Source: the human T2T-CHM13v2.0 reference genome, Homo sapiens. Taken from it: 64,000 nucleotides of DNA. Below the pieces are notes generated by a model. It did no database searches. It was given only the letters and a program-made list of their open reading frames with translations, and was not told where the DNA came from. The DNA lies in NCBI RefSeq assembly GCF_009914755.1, contig NC_060941.1, one strand, 5' to 3'. This document shows, in pieces, positions 1-22,158 of the stretch. The first letter of the stretch is position 1. Every line of letters starts with the position of its first letter. The translations under genes and the position numbers were made by a program.

Positions 1-464
1 GCCGTGGTCCCCTCCCACTGGGGAGGACCCGAGCTCCCCAGTCACCCCCAGGCCCTGCCGCTCAGGACTAGCTAACGTGCTCTCACTGCCTTCCGGCCTT
101 CCAGCCACCTCCGTCCCCCAGCGCTCCCCTCCTGAGCCCCGAGGCCCCGGGCATCCTGCCCAGCGCAGACCCTGCCCTGCTCTGCTTGGAACAGGCCCCT
201 CTCCACCTACCATCCCACCCCCCGCTCTCCCCTAGGCGTTTCTGGCTACACTTCTCTTCAAAAACTCCCTTGGGTCCCTGGCCGTCCCGCTCTGCTGCAG
301 GGTCTCTCCCAGCGCCCCGCTCTGCCTGGCTGCCCACTCCCATCCCACCCTCCTGAGGATCCTCTCTGGGAGGACTGGGGTACAACTGTCAGGTTCATCC
401 TGGCTCCTAGCACAGTGCCTGGCGCACAGAAGGAGCAGTGCAGTCGCGCTATGAGAGCTTGGCC

Positions 465-1080
465 TGCGGGCTCAGACTTCCAGTTCAAATCCCAGCCGCT
501 CCTTCTCCCAGCGGTGTGACTGTGGACAAGTTACTTCCCTTTTCCGTGCCTGAGTTTCCTCATCTCTAAAATGGGGATCATAGATCTTGTTCATAAGATT
601 GTGAGAACCTAAAGTAGGTAGAACAGTGCCTGGTGGAAGTAAGCATGTAGCATGTATTAGACCAATTATCATTCCTCAAGTAAAGTTGTTAGTTTACTTT
701 CCTTTTCAGCCCACTTCCCTCTCCTGAGGGCCTCATGAGCCTCTGAAAGTCTGGCTCCACCCCTCCCCGCTCACTCGAGGGAGGTTTCAAAACCCAAGGG
801 GTGGATTCTGTCTTCCACCACATCCCCCATACCAGAGAAGCTGTGCCATCTCCTAGCTCTAGCTCAGAAATTCTAAAACTCAAGAGAGTTCTGGAAAGAG
901 CTGTGGACTTGGAGAGAAAAGCCCTATCTCCTGGTCCTGGTTCTGCCCGCCACATAGCTGTGTGACTTTGGACAGGTTGCTTTACGTCTCTGAGCCTTAA
1001 TTTTTACTCTTGTGAAATGGGAATAATCCCAGCCTCACCTCCCCCATAGGGTTGTCCCAGTGCTTGATTGCATAATCTGG
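465..1080 (+). mobile_element. Two MIR elements (~465-672 and ~900-1080)
   Basis: gtgtgact..ggacaagttactt...gcct.agtttcctcatct.taaaatgggg core. Confidence 0.75.
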
Positions 1081-1494
1081 AGACAGGGTATTTTGTCAAC
1101 CAAGGCAGGGTGAAGAAATGCAGGGCCTAGTAACCACAGGGTTGGAAGGGAAGACCAGGGCCAAGCCTGCAGGTGTCTCTGGTCAGGGATGTGCCAAGGG
1201 TGTGGCCACTGGGCTCCGGGCTGGGTAGCAAACTGTTAGGTGGCGCCGATTGGGAATAAGCCTGGGCCCAAGCTTTGTCCAAAGTCACTCAAAGACTTCT
1301 GCTTGGTCACTGTCTCCCTGCCACCCGCTCTTGCCACTTCTTCAAAAGCACCTTCAAGTGCTTCTCAGGCCCGCAGAACGCCCACTGGATCCTGATGCCC
1401 AGAGGCCCTGCCAAGTCTGACTGCCAGCCACAGCTCTCCCCACCCCTTTCCCACTCTCAACTCCAGCCCAGCTGAATTAGGAATTTCCTAATAT

Positions 1495-2335
<841 letters not shown>

Positions 2336-3430
2336 AAACATTCCCCCTTGGCTGCTAGCATATATACACACACGTACTTTTCCCATACACATAATTTTTA
2401 TAAGCTTTTTGTTACCATTTTTTTCTTTTTATTTGGAAATAATTTCAAGTTTATAGAAAGGTTCCAAGAATAGTGCGAAGCAGTTTTGTTTCCTGAAGCA
2501 TTTGATGGTAAATTGCCGACACGATATTCCATCACCCATGAATATTCTTATGTGTAAATCCTACAATAATGTTCACCTAAACAACCACAATGCAACCATA
2601 AAAATATAAACACTTTACTACAATTTATTTATGTTGTGCCATTTGTCCCAAATATCCTTTGTCACAAAAAGACCCAATCCAGTATCATACAGTGCATTTA
2701 TCTTCAGTCTTTCCTTGCTGTTCATGACCTTGTAAATTTTGAGGATCACAGGTCATGATTTTGTAGAGTGTCTCTTGGTTTGGGTTTGTCTGATGTTTCC
2801 TAATGATTAGATTCAAGTTATGAACTTGAGGTAGGAATATCACAGAAGTGATGCCATGTTCTTCTCACTGCATCTTATCGGGTGGTGCATGATTTCAATT
2901 TGCCCCATTACTGATGATGTTAACTTCGATTGCTTGATTAAGGTGGCATCTACAAGGTCTATCCACTGTAAAGTTACTCTTTTCCCATTGTTTTCTGTGG
3001 GGAGGATCTCAAACTATATCAAGTCCCATTCCTTATCCAATCTGTACCCATTAGTTTAATTTAATTTTTTTTTTAAGACAGAGTCTCACTCTGTTGCCCA
3101 GGCTGAAGTGCAGTGGCATGATCTTGGCTCACTACAATCTCCACCTCCGGGGTCCAAGTGGTTCTCCTGCCTCAGCCTCCCAAGTAAAGTAGCTGAGATT
3201 ACAGGCACATGCCACCACGCCCAGCTAATTTTTGTATTTTTAGTAGAGATGAGGTTTCACCATGTTGGCCAGGCTGGTCTCAAACTCCTGACTTCAAGTG
3301 ATCTGCCCACCTTGGCCTCCTAAAGTGCTGGGATTACAGGCATGAGCCACCACACCCAGCCTGCACCCATTAATCTTAGAATCCATTGAGGGCTTTTGCC
3401 TGAAATATTTTTTTAAATTATATTTGTTGC

Positions 3431-3682
3431 TGTCTTAGTTTGAACTGCTGCAACAAAGTACCACAGACTGGGTGGGCTTATAAATAATAGACATTTACTT
3501 CTCATTGTTCTGGAGGTCATGGCGCCAGCACAGTCAGGTTCTGGTGAAGGCCTTTTTCCAGGTTGCAGATGGCTAACTTCTTGTTGCATCTTCACATAGC
3601 AGAAAGAGAGCTTGAGAGCTATCTGGGGTCTCTTTCATAAGGCACTAATCCCATTAATGAGAGCTCCACCCTCATGACCTAA
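3431..3682 (-). mobile_element. MST/MLT1A-type MaLR LTR, 3' part (its 5' part lies at 6952-7053 on +)
   Basis: tgtcttagtttgaactgctgcaacaaagtaccacagactggg... Confidence 0.75.
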
Positions 3683-5810
<2,128 letters not shown>

Positions 5811-5980
5811 CTACATTTTGGTTTCTAGGTATCATTTTCCACTAAAAGGAACCAGAACTCTTTGGAGAAATGGTTGGTTTCAAGGCTGGGGCAGGGAATG
5901 TACAAAATGACATCTTATATATTGCCTCGGACATCTTGTGACAGAAAGTAAGGAACTGCTCAGAGAATGATGGTGACTAT

Positions 5981-6362
5981 TTAAATCATCTTGAGCTGCC
6001 ATAATAAAACACCACAGATGGGAGGCTAACATAAGTCATTTATTTTCTCACAGTTCTGGAGGCTAGAAGTCCAAGGTCAAGGCATTGAGAGGGTTGGGTT
6101 CTCTGAGGCCTCTCTCCTTGGCTTGCAGATGGTGGCCTTCTTACTGTGTCTGCACATGGCCTGTCTCTGTGCTTACATCCTCCTGGTGTTTCTTTCTCTT
6201 CTTATAAGGACACTAGTCCTATTGGATTGAGGTCATACACTTATGGCCTCTTTTAACCTTAATTACCTCTTTAAAGGCTATATCTCCAAATATAGTCATA
6301 TTGGCGATTAATCCTTCAACATAGGAATGCTAGGGGGAGGGGACATAATTCACTCTATAGCA
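5981..6362 (-). mobile_element. MLT1A/B-type LTR
   Basis: ctcacagttctggaggctagaagtccaag...taattacctctttaaagg. Confidence 0.7.
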
Positions 6363-6711
6363 GGGATGAATCAAAAAGACACAGAAGCCAGCTTGAAGAG
6401 GTCTCACTGGCTGCATCTGAACAACTTGAGCATTAAAATAATAACCTTAATACTGACAGAAAGAAAGAGAGAAAGAAAGAAAAGAAAAGAAAGAAGGAAG
6501 GAAGGAGAAGAAAAGGAAAGAAAGAAAGAAAAAGAAAGAAAGGAAGTAAGGAAAGAAGGAAGGAAGGAAGGAAAGAGAAAGCTTTTTCAGTAAGTAGAAT
6601 GACAGAAGGAATGATGGAATTAGATAATTATCATTTGGGACCAGGCGCAGTGGCTCATGCCTGTAATCCCAGCACTTTGGGAGGCTGAGGTGGGTGTATC
6701 ACCTGAGGTCA

Positions 6712-6912
<201 letters not shown>

Positions 6913-7053
6913 TCAAAAAAAAAAAAAAAAAGATAATAATCATTTTGCATCTGTCATGGACTGAATATTAGTGGCCCCCTAATATCCATCTGTTGAAATA
7001 CCAACTCTCAAAGTGATAGTATTAGGAGGTGGGATATTTAGGAAGTTATTAGC

Positions 7054-7330
7054 TGATATGGTTTGGCTGTGTCCCCACCCAAATCTCATCTTGAATTGTA
7101 GCTCCCATAATCCCCACATGTCATGGAAGGGACCCAGTGGGAGGTAATTGAATCTTGGGGCAGGTTTTTCCTGTGCTGTTCTCATGATAGTGAATAAATC
7201 TCACAAGATCTGATTTTTTTATAAAGGGCAGTTCCCCTGCATACACCCTCTTGCCTGCCACCATGTAAGATGTGCCTTCGTTCCTCCTTCTTCTTCCACC
7301 ATGATTATGATGCCTCCCCAGCCATGTGGA
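7054..7330 (+). mobile_element. THE1C 5' LTR (partial)
   Basis: tgatatggtttggctgtgtccccacccaaatctcatcttgaattgtagc... Confidence 0.88.
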
Positions 7331-7579
7331 CTCTTGGACTTACACCAGTGGTTGGCAGGGACTCTTATGCCTTCAGCCACAGACTGAAGGCTGCATTGTC
7401 GGCTTCTCTACTTTCAAGATTTTGGGACTTGGACTGGCTTCCTTGCTCCTCGGCTTGCAGACAACCTATTGTGGGACTTCACTTTATGACCGTGTGAGTC
7501 AATTTGCCTTAATAAACTCCCTTTCATATATACATCTATCCTATTAGTCCTGTCCCTCTAGAGAACCCTGACTAATACA
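7327..7579 (+). mobile_element. MLT2A-type (ERV-L) LTR, 3' half
   Basis: ...cagactgaaggctgc...aataaactccc...ctagagaaccctgactaataca. Confidence 0.8.
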
Positions 7580-7916
7580 GGAATACACAATCCTACACAT
7601 ATTCGCAGCTACATTTCTTTATTTACCTGTATATATTGAAAACTATGGATTCCTACAGATGCCTCCAATTCCAGTCCAACACCACAGGGTTCATTCTAGT
7701 TTTCTCTCTTTCCCTATTTGTAATGTCCTTCTCCAACAATGAGAAACCTGGCTTCTATTATCCTTAACATATACAGTTATTTGATAAATCCCCCTCTTTG
7801 TAACCACTCTTTACCACTCTCCATCTCTGCTGCCACTTCCTTTTCAGGTGGATGCCCTCCTTACTCTTCTTAGGCTCTGGTACCCCCAATGTGCCCACCC
7901 CAACCCCTACATGTAG

Positions 7917-8045
<129 letters not shown>

Positions 8046-10136
8046 TGAGTAGCTGGGATTACAGGCGCGTGCCACCACCCCCAGCTAATTTTTGTATTTT
8101 TCGTAGAGACAAGCTTTTGCCACAATAGCCAGGCTGGTTTTGAACTCCTGGCCTCAAGAGATTCACCTGCCTTGGCCTCCCACAGTGCTGGGATTGCTGG
8201 CGTGAGCCACCGTGCCCGGCCTAGAATCCTTCTTACCTCTACTTTGGTTCTGATTTCCCATGCCAGGCCATCCCCATGTAGGGATGCTCTCCTCAACTAC
8301 TAGGATCTGATAAACTGTACGGGACCATTCCAACGCATGGATGCCCTCACCCCAGTCAAGCTAACTGATCATACCAGCCATCCCCTCCCCCTCCCTCATT
8401 GCCCTACTCTGGCTCTGATATCTTGTTCTGGGACACTGTGGCTCCCACTCTCATCACCATGGGTGCCAACCTCGCTCTGGCCTACCTGATGACTTCAGGG
8501 CTGAACTGTTCCAGTAAGGAAAATAGGAAAGAGTATGCAAAGGAAGGAAAGAGAAGGGAAGGAAAGAGGGAAGGGGAAAAAGAGGGGAAGAACAATTTTT
8601 TACATGCATATATATATTTACTTACTGTGAAGTGTACGAATCTTAAGTGCATATTAAGTGCATACCTCAACAAACCTTTACAAAGTGAACAATCCATGTG
8701 ACAGCCAACCAGATGAAGATATGGAACATTACCCACACCTCAGACGTCTCCCTCATACCCCATCCGGTTATTGCCCTCTTCTAGATAACCAGCTTCTATC
8801 CCTATGGAACAGTTTGGCTTATTTTTAATTTTATATACATGGAAACATATAGTATATTCTTCTGTTTGGGACTAGCTTCATGGTATTTGTGAGATCTGTC
8901 CATGCTGTTGCACGTGGCAGTAGCTTGCCCTTTGCCTTTGCCTCCTATTCCATGGAATGAATATACCACAACTTCTGTATGCCCATTCTATTGCTGATGG
9001 CCCATTTGACTCTTCAAGTTTTTGTTTTGTTTGTTTGTTTTTTGAGAGACAGGGTCTTGCTCTGTGGCCAAGACTGGAGTGCAGTGGTGCAATCATATCT
9101 CAATGCAGCCTCAACCTTCCAGCCTCAAATGATCCTCGCACCTCAGCCTCCTGAGTAGAAGAGACCACAGGTGCATGCCACCACACCTGGCTAATTTTTT
9201 TTTTTTTTTTTGGTAGAAACAGGAGTCTCACTGTGTGGCCCAGGCTGGTCTCAAACTCCTGGCTCAAGTGACCCTCCCACCTTAACCTCTCAAAGTGTTG
9301 GGATTACAGGCATAAGCCACCGTGCCTGGCCCTCTTCAAGTTTTTTTTGCTTGTTTGTTTTGTTTTTTTTACCATTAGAAGTAACGTGGTTACAAACTTG
9401 CACATGCCCCTTTAATGCATATATAGGTGCACTTCTATTTGGCATATACTTGAAAGTGAAATTGCTGGGTTGTAGAGAATGTATATGTTCAGCTTTAGTA
9501 GTTATTGCCAGAGTTTTTTCTAAAGTGGTTGCAGAAATTTACACTCCTCCCATCCGTATGAGAGTCCCAGTGGCCACATCCTTATTAGTAGCATTGTCTG
9601 TCTTTTAATTTGTAGCCATTCTAGTGAATATGTAGTAGTATCTCATTGTGGTATTAATTTGCATTTTCTGATAAATATGTTGAATACGTTTTCATATGTT
9701 TATTAGCCAATTAGATATCTTATTTTATGAAAAGTATATTGAGTCATTTGCCCATTTTCTGAAAAAAATTGGATTGTCAAACTTTTTTTATTTTATAAGA
9801 TATTTTAAATAAGTTCTGGACACAAGTCCTTTGCTAAATACATATATTGAAAATATCTGCAGGACATGGTGGCTCATGCCTGTAATCCCAGTGCTTTGGG
9901 AGGCCGAAGTGGGCAAATTGCTTGAGTCCAGGAGTTCAAGACCAGCCTGGGCAACATGGCAAAACCCTGTCTCTACTAAAAATAAAAAAAAATTATCTGG
10001 GTATGGTGGTGCGTGCCTGTGGTTCCAGCTACTCAGGAGGAGGCTGAGGTGGGAGGATCACCTGAGCCCAGAAAGTTGAGGCTGCAGTGAGCCATATACT
10101 CCAGCCTGGGCAACAGAGCGAGACCTTGTTTCAAAA

Positions 10137-10257
10137 AGAAGGAAGGGAGGGAGGAAGGGAGGGAGGGAGGGAGGAAGGGAGGGAGGGAGGAAGGAAGGAG
10201 GGAGGGAGGGAGGGAGGGAAGGAAGGAAGGAAGGAAGGAAGGGAGGAAGGAAGGAAA
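10137..10257 (+). repeat. (GGAA/GGGA)n purine tract grown from an Alu tail
   Basis: Seen directly in sequence. Confidence 0.95.
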
Positions 10258-10750
10258 TATCTTTCTGTGGCTTGCCTTTTCACTCAGTGATGTCTTTTGA
10301 TGAACAGACGTCCTTAATTTTACTGAAATCCAATTTATTAATGTTTTCCTTGTGGTTAGTTGTGTGTGTATGTGGGTCTTGTTTAAGAATTTTGTGTCTA
10401 ATACCAAGATCATGAACATATTCTCCTTTGTTAGTCTCTGTATTCTAAAATGTTCTTTTTTCTTTTGCAATTCACAATTACTCTTTAAAAATGTACTTCT
10501 AATTTTTACCAAAAGTATATGTGTGCATAATTTAATTTAGATGCCAGGAATCTATGGGGCAGGTTAAAAAAGGGCAGTAGTCCCGTCCTCCTTCATACTA
10601 TCTCCTTCTCCCCAGCGCCAGTGATCTTCAATGCGATCAGCTATTTTTTATATAGATATTCTCTGTATCTCGAAATAACTTGCTTTCATTATGACTTCTT
10701 GATATTTCAATTTGGGAAATCATCTTTTGACTTCCCAGTATGGAAGATGA

Positions 10751-11152
<402 letters not shown>

Positions 11153-12086
11153 TGATAATTTTGGTTAGCCAATATTCAGTGTGTACCTTACTATAACTAC
11201 ATAATCGTCATTCTTATCTGAGCTGTGTCGTGTGCTATGATCACTTCTGCTCTTTGTTCTCCTGGAGTTCATACTTTTCTTGTGTTGTTGGTGATGTTCA
11301 TTTAGTTTTCCGTGTAATTACCACCATTTCAATCCCAGTGGTCCAAATCCCCCGTTAGGATGTTCAGACACATCAAGAATTCTGTTCGGTTCCTTTTCTT
11401 GAAGCAATCTCTTCTGAAGGCTTTCTATCCATCCTAATCCAACTGGTTGCTCTCCAGCCCAGGTGAACAGCCCTCAAGCTGTAATCTCCTGAACCATCCT
11501 TCCAAGACTGGATTCCCCCTTTTCATAAAGCCCATGTCTTCCTCTTCCGTGTTTTATTCTCTTGTTTTTTCAGGAGCTCATCCTCCAATAGATTTGTGAG
11601 AAGGTGTACATCTGAAAATGTCTTTAATCTACCCTTACATTTGAATGATAATTTTACTGGGTATACAATTTTAGGTGACAAATAACTTTTTTTTTTTTTT
11701 TTTTCCAGAATTTGGGAAGTCTGTTTCTATTGTTCTTCACATTTTGATTAATGATCTACCTAGAACTAACTTTTCTTTGTGGTCTAAAGTAGTGGTCAAA
11801 GTTCATTTTTTCCCACATGAATATTAAATGTATGCAGTATCATTTGTTGAAAAGGTCATTCTTTCCTTATGTCATTTCACTGGATCATATAGCTGTGGGT
11901 CTGTTTCTGAACTCTTTGTTGTGTCCCATTGGTCTATTTGTCTGTAAGTTTTGCCAATACCAACTGTTTGCACTACTAGAGTTTTGTAATAAGTCTCACT
12001 AACAGGTAGTTTAAGCCCTTCATTTTTGTACTTATTTATGATGATTAGTTTTGGCCTTTTGCATTTCCCTATACATTTTAGAATCA

Positions 12087-12434
<348 letters not shown>

Positions 12435-13460
12435 TTAAAAATGTTTTTATAAAATAGATTTATTGAGATGTAATTCACATACCACATGATTCACCCATGT
12501 AAATAAGTGTATAATTCAATAGATTTTTAACATATTTACAGAGTTGTACAGCTGTCACCACAATCAATTTTACAATATTTTCATCACCCTCTAAGAAAAC
12601 CTCCATGCCCATCAACAGTCATTCCCTTTTCTCTCCCACTCTACCCCCAACCATAGACAATCACTAATTCTATTTTTCTGTCTTTATAGATAAGCCTGTT
12701 CTGGATATTTCATATAAATGGAATCATAAACATGTGGTCTTTTGTGAGTAGCTTCTTTCATGTGGCATAATGTTTGCAAAGTTGATCTATGTTGTAGCCC
12801 CTGTCAGTACTTCAATCTTGTTCACAGTTGAGTAATATTTCATTCCACGGATATACCACATTTCTTTACCTATTCATCTGTTTTTTCCACATTTGGGCTA
12901 TTACGCATAATGCCACTTTGAACATTCATGCACAAATTTTTGTATGGACATATGGACATATGTTTTCATTGAATATATACCTAGGATTAGAATTGTTGGG
13001 CCACAGGTAACCTTATGTTTATCCTTTGGAGAAAATATAAAACTGTTTTCCAAAGAAGTTACACCATTTTACATTCCTACCAGCAGTAAATGAGGTTATA
13101 TTAGGTTGTATTGAATCTGTAGGTCAATTGAGGTGAGAATTGACCACGTTATAACATGACACTAGCAATCTATGAATACAGCGTATCTCTATGTATTTTT
13201 TAAAAGGTCTTTGTCCCTTCATTAATATTCTATAGTTTTCTGTATCAAATCATGAGCATAGGCCAGGTGTGGTGGGTCATGCTTGTAATCCCAGCACTTT
13301 GGAAGGCCAAGGCTGAGAGGATTGCTTGAGCTCAGGAATCTGAGATCAGCTTGGGCAACATGGTGAGATCTCATCTCCAGTAAAAACAAACAAACAAAAA
13401 TTATGAGAATATTTTGTCAGATTTATTCCTAGGTGTTTGGGATTTGATTTTTTTCATTGA

Positions 13461-13760
<300 letters not shown>

Positions 13761-14789
13761 TAATTTTTTGTAGTCTCCCTATGTTGCCCAGGCTGGTCTA
13801 AAATTCCTGGCTGCAAGTGATTCTCCTGCCTTGGCCTCTCAAAGCACTGAGATTTCAGGCATGAGTCACTGGGCTTGGCACATATCTGTAGTTTTAAAAA
13901 ATGTTCTACCTACATAATCATGTCATCAATGAAGAGCCACAGTTTTATTTTTTTCTTTTCAAACCTTACACTTTTTATTTCTTTTTCTTGCCTTATTGCA
14001 CTGGCTAGGACTCCAATACAATATTGAACAGAAATGGTGGTGGTGGGCATCCTCAATTTGTTCCACTCTCAAAGGGATGATTTTCAATACTTCATGCCAT
14101 AAAATGTAAAGTTTGCTGTGTTTTTAAAATTCACTATCAGATTAAGAAAATTTCCTTTTATGCTTAACTTGCTAAGAATTCTTATCATGAATAAATGTTG
14201 AATTGTTATCAATTGCTTTTTAAACATCTACTGAAATATGATTTTGTTCCTTTATACTTTTAATGCTGTGATTTATATAACTGGTTTTCAAATGTGAAGC
14301 CAACCTTACATTTCTGGAATGAATTAAAATTTGTCATGATGCATTATCATTTTTTATTTAGTACTAAATTTGATTTGCTATTATTTTTGTTTAGGATTTT
14401 ATGTCTGTGTTTTGAAAGAAATTGTTCTGTAATTATCATTTGGTGTAATGTCCTAGTTCGGTTTTAATATCAAGGTTATGCTGCCCTCATCCAAAAAGTT
14501 AGGAAGTGTTCTTTCTATTCTCTGAAGGAGTTTGTGTTAAACTGGTATTATTTCTTTATTTAATGTTCGGAAGAATTAAGCAGCTAAGCCATCTGGAAGT
14601 GTTTTTTGTAGGAAAATGTTTAATTTCTGATACAATTTTTCTAATAGATGTAGGACTATACATGGTGTTCCATAAGATTTGTTGTGTTTTTCAAAAATTT
14701 TGAGCATTTTATCCAAAATTTCTAATTTATTAGTGCAGAGTCATTATAGTATCATAATATCTCAATTGCCTGTAGGATGTGCAGTGGAT

Positions 14790-17660
<2,871 letters not shown>

Positions 17661-17764
17661 GATACATAATTTTGCATTTTATTTTTTCTTCACGTTTGAA
17701 GAATAATTTCACAGGTCCCAGAATTCTAGGTAGATGGTTTTTCTCTCACAACACTTTTTAAATA

Positions 17765-18115
17765 CAATCATGCATCACTTAGCAACAGGGATACATTTGA
17801 AGAAATGCATCATCGGGTGATTTCATTGTTGTGCAAACATCATAGAGGGAACTTACACAGAGCTAGATAACAGAGCCTACTATACACCTAGGCTGTGTGA
17901 GATAGCCTGTTGCTCCTAGGCTATGAACCCGTACAGCAAGTTACTGTACTGAATGCTGTAAGTGACTGTAACACAATGGCAAGTGTCTGTGTATCTAAAC
18001 ATATCTCAATGTAGAATAGCTGCAGTGAAGGTATGGTGTAATAATCTTATGGGACCACCGTACGATTGTATGTGGTCCATCATTGATCGAAATGTCTTTA
18101 TGCGGTGCATGATTC
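17765..18115 (-). mobile_element. Tigger3a-like MITE
   Basis: caatcatgc...gcatgattc termini with TA flanks, ~350 bp. Confidence 0.75.
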
Positions 18116-18808
18116 TATTTTACTCCACTCTGTTCTTGCTTACGTGGTTTTTGAGGAGATGCCAGATGTAATTGTTATCTTTGCTCCTCTATGAGGAAGT
18201 TGGTTTTTTCCTCTGGTTTCTTTCAAGATTTTGTATTTATCTTTGATTTTCTGCAGCTTGCATAGGATATGCTTAGACTTTTTTTTTTTTTTTTTTTTTT
18301 TTTGCTTTTATCCTGCCTCGTGTTCTCAAATTCTTCCTGGATCTGTAGTTTGGTGCCTGACTTTAATTTGGGAAATTCTCAGTCATTATGGCTTCAAATA
18401 TTTCTTCTATTCCTTTATTGCTTCTCCTTCTGGTATTCCCATTATGTGTATGTTACACCCTTTGCAATTGTCCCACAGTTCTTGGATATTCTATTCTGGG
18501 CTTTGTGTGTGCATGTGTGGTGCATGTATGTGTGTGTTTTCAGTCTTCAGAAAGAAGACTGTTTTCTCTTCTGTTTTGGGAGGTTTCTATTGACATATTC
18601 TCAAGCTCAGAGATTCTCTCCTCAGCTGTGTTCAGCCTACTGATGAGCCCATCAAAGGCATTCACCTTTTCTGTTATGGTGTTTTTGATCCCTAATATTT
18701 CCTTCTGGTTCTTTCTTAGAATTCCCATCTCTCTGTCTACATTGTCCATCTGGCCTTGCATGCTGTACGCTTTATCCATTAGCACCCTTAGCATATATAT
18801 ATTTTTGA

Positions 18809-19027
<219 letters not shown>

Positions 19028-20358
19028 TGATCTGCCTGCCTCTGCCTCCCAAAGTGCTGGGATTACAAGCGTGAGCTACTGTGCCCGCCCCCCCCTTAGC
19101 ATATTAATCATAGTTATTTTTAAATTCCTGGCCTGATGATTCTAACATCCCTGCCATATTTGAGTCTGGCTCTCATGCTTGCTCTGTCCTTTCAAACTAT
19201 GTTCTATTATCCTTCAGTATGCATGTCTCGTAATTTTTTTTTTTTTTGGATAGCAAGACATGATTGATGTGCTGAGCAAAATAAACTGCAGTTTCTTTAG
19301 TAATGTAGTGGTAAAGTGTGGGAGAGGGGAAGTGCTCTCTAACCGATGATTATCTCAATCTTTTAAAGAGCCTGTGAAATTGTAGGCTCTGAAAAAAAAA
19401 CAAACCCCAATAGTTTAGGCTCTGGTAAAATAGTTCCTCTTGAGGGCAGGCCTTGTGAAGCTGAACAGAATGCTCTGGCATATTTCACATGAGAACCTGG
19501 TTAACCTCCTGGAGGTAAGTAAAACTTACAAAAGTGTGTGTGTGTTGGGGGGTCCCTCCTGTAACTAGGTTCTCTCTGGAATTTTTTTTTCCTTTGAGAT
19601 GGAGTCTCGCTCTGTCGCCCAGGCTGGAGTGCAGTGGTGCAATCTTGGTTCACTGCAACCTCTGCCTCCTGGGTTCAAGTGATTCTCCTGCCTCAGCCTC
19701 CTGAGTAGCTAGGATTACAGACATGTCCCACTATGCCCGGCTAATTTTTGTATTTTTTTTTAGTAGAAATGGGGTTTCACCATGTTGGCCAGGCTGGTCT
19801 CGAACTCCTGGCCTCAGGTGATCCGCCCAGCTCAGCCTCCCAATCTGCTGGGATTACAGGCTTGAGCCACCGCACCTGGCCTCCCCCTGGAATTTTTAAC
19901 TCTCAGACTTGTTCACATTGAGCCTCCAACAATTCATCAATTACAGTTCAGGTCTGGTTCCCGGGGGGATTTTTGCTGATGTGTTTCTTCTCCTCTGGTA
20001 AATTGTGATTCTCCATCTCCACCTGTCTATTTCTCCAATTTTGAGTACAGCAGCTTTCCCTGTGATGAATCCAAGAGGAAGTTGTTGATTTTTCAGTTGG
20101 TTCAGCTTTTTACTTGTTGGCAGAGTGACAACTTACTTCCAAGCTTCTTACATGTCAGAATGGAATCTTCTTCTCCTCCTTCTCCTTCTTGGCAGAGTCT
20201 CACTATGTTGTCCAAGCTGGCCTCAAACTCTTGGGCTCAAGCAGTTCTACTGCCTCAGCCTCCTAAGTAGCTAGAACTACAGGTGCATGGCACCATGCCC
20301 AGCCTCTTCATCTTTTAGAGAATATTTTCACTTGTCTAGTTTGCCAGTTATTTTATAG

Positions 20359-20646
<288 letters not shown>

Positions 20647-21861
20647 TAAGCCATCGTGCCTGGCCTTCAAATACATCATATAATTGTCTCCTGGTTTCCA
20701 TCATTTCTCTGAAATTATTAGGTGCCAATCTTACGTATTAAAGATAGCATAAAGTTGAGTCTTGTTCTTTGTTTTATTTTATCCAGTTTGATAATTCGGT
20801 CTTAGAATATTTAGATAATTTACTTTTGATGTAATTGTCAACATCATTGGGCTTAAATCTACCATCTTGCTATTTTCTATTAGCCCCATATATACTTTAC
20901 TTCTTTTTCCTATTTTTCTGCCTTCTTTTGAATTAATTGAATATTTTAAAATATTTATTTTATCTCTACTAATGTCTAATTACCTATACTGCTTTAAAAT
21001 TTGTTAGTATTTGTTCTAAGGCAGTGGTAAGCATATGCCCCATGGCCTGTTTTTTATGGTCCATGAGCTATGAATGTTGGGTTTTTTTTAGTTATAAACT
21101 TTATTTTTAGAACAGTTTTAGACATGCAGAAAATCATGAACATAGTACAGCATTTTTATACATCTTGTATCCAGTTTTCTTTATTATTAGCATAGTATAT
21201 TAGTTACAATTAATGGATCAATAATGATACATTATTATTAACTAAAGTTCATACTCTAATCATATTTTCTTAGTATTTTGTTTGTTTGTTTTTTGAGATG
21301 GGATCTCACTCTGTCACCCAGGCTGAAGTGCAGTGGCATGATCTCAGCTTATTTGCAAACTCTGCCTTCCGGGTTCAAATGATTCTCCTGCCTCAGTCTC
21401 CCAAGTAGCTGAGATTACAGGTGCCTGCCACAGTGCCTGGCTAATTTTTGTATTTTTAGTAGAGACGGTGTTTCACCATGTTGGTCAGGATGGTCTCAAA
21501 CTCCTGACCTCAAGTGATCTACCCGCCTCAGCCTCCCGAAGTGCTGGGATTACAGGTGTGAGCCACAGCACCTGGCCTGATTTCCTTAGTATTTTTTAAA
21601 CTGTGGTATAATACATTTAACATAAAATTTACCATCTTCACTATTTTTAAGTATAGAGCTCAATAGTGTTAAGCATATACACACCATTGTGCGACCAATC
21701 TCAACTTTTTCATCTTAAAAAATTAAAACTCTATGCTATTAAACAATTTTCCATTTCCTCCTGCCTTCAGCCCCTGGCAACCATGATTCTACTTTCTGTT
21801 TCTCTAGATATCCTAGGTGTCTCATGTAAGTGGAATCATAACAGTCTTTGTCTTTTTGTAA

Positions 21862-22158
<297 letters not shown>

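Noticed and set aside
72-104. Plus-strand branch point, pyrimidine tract and AG
   Set aside because: No convincing downstream donor or partner exon within the window
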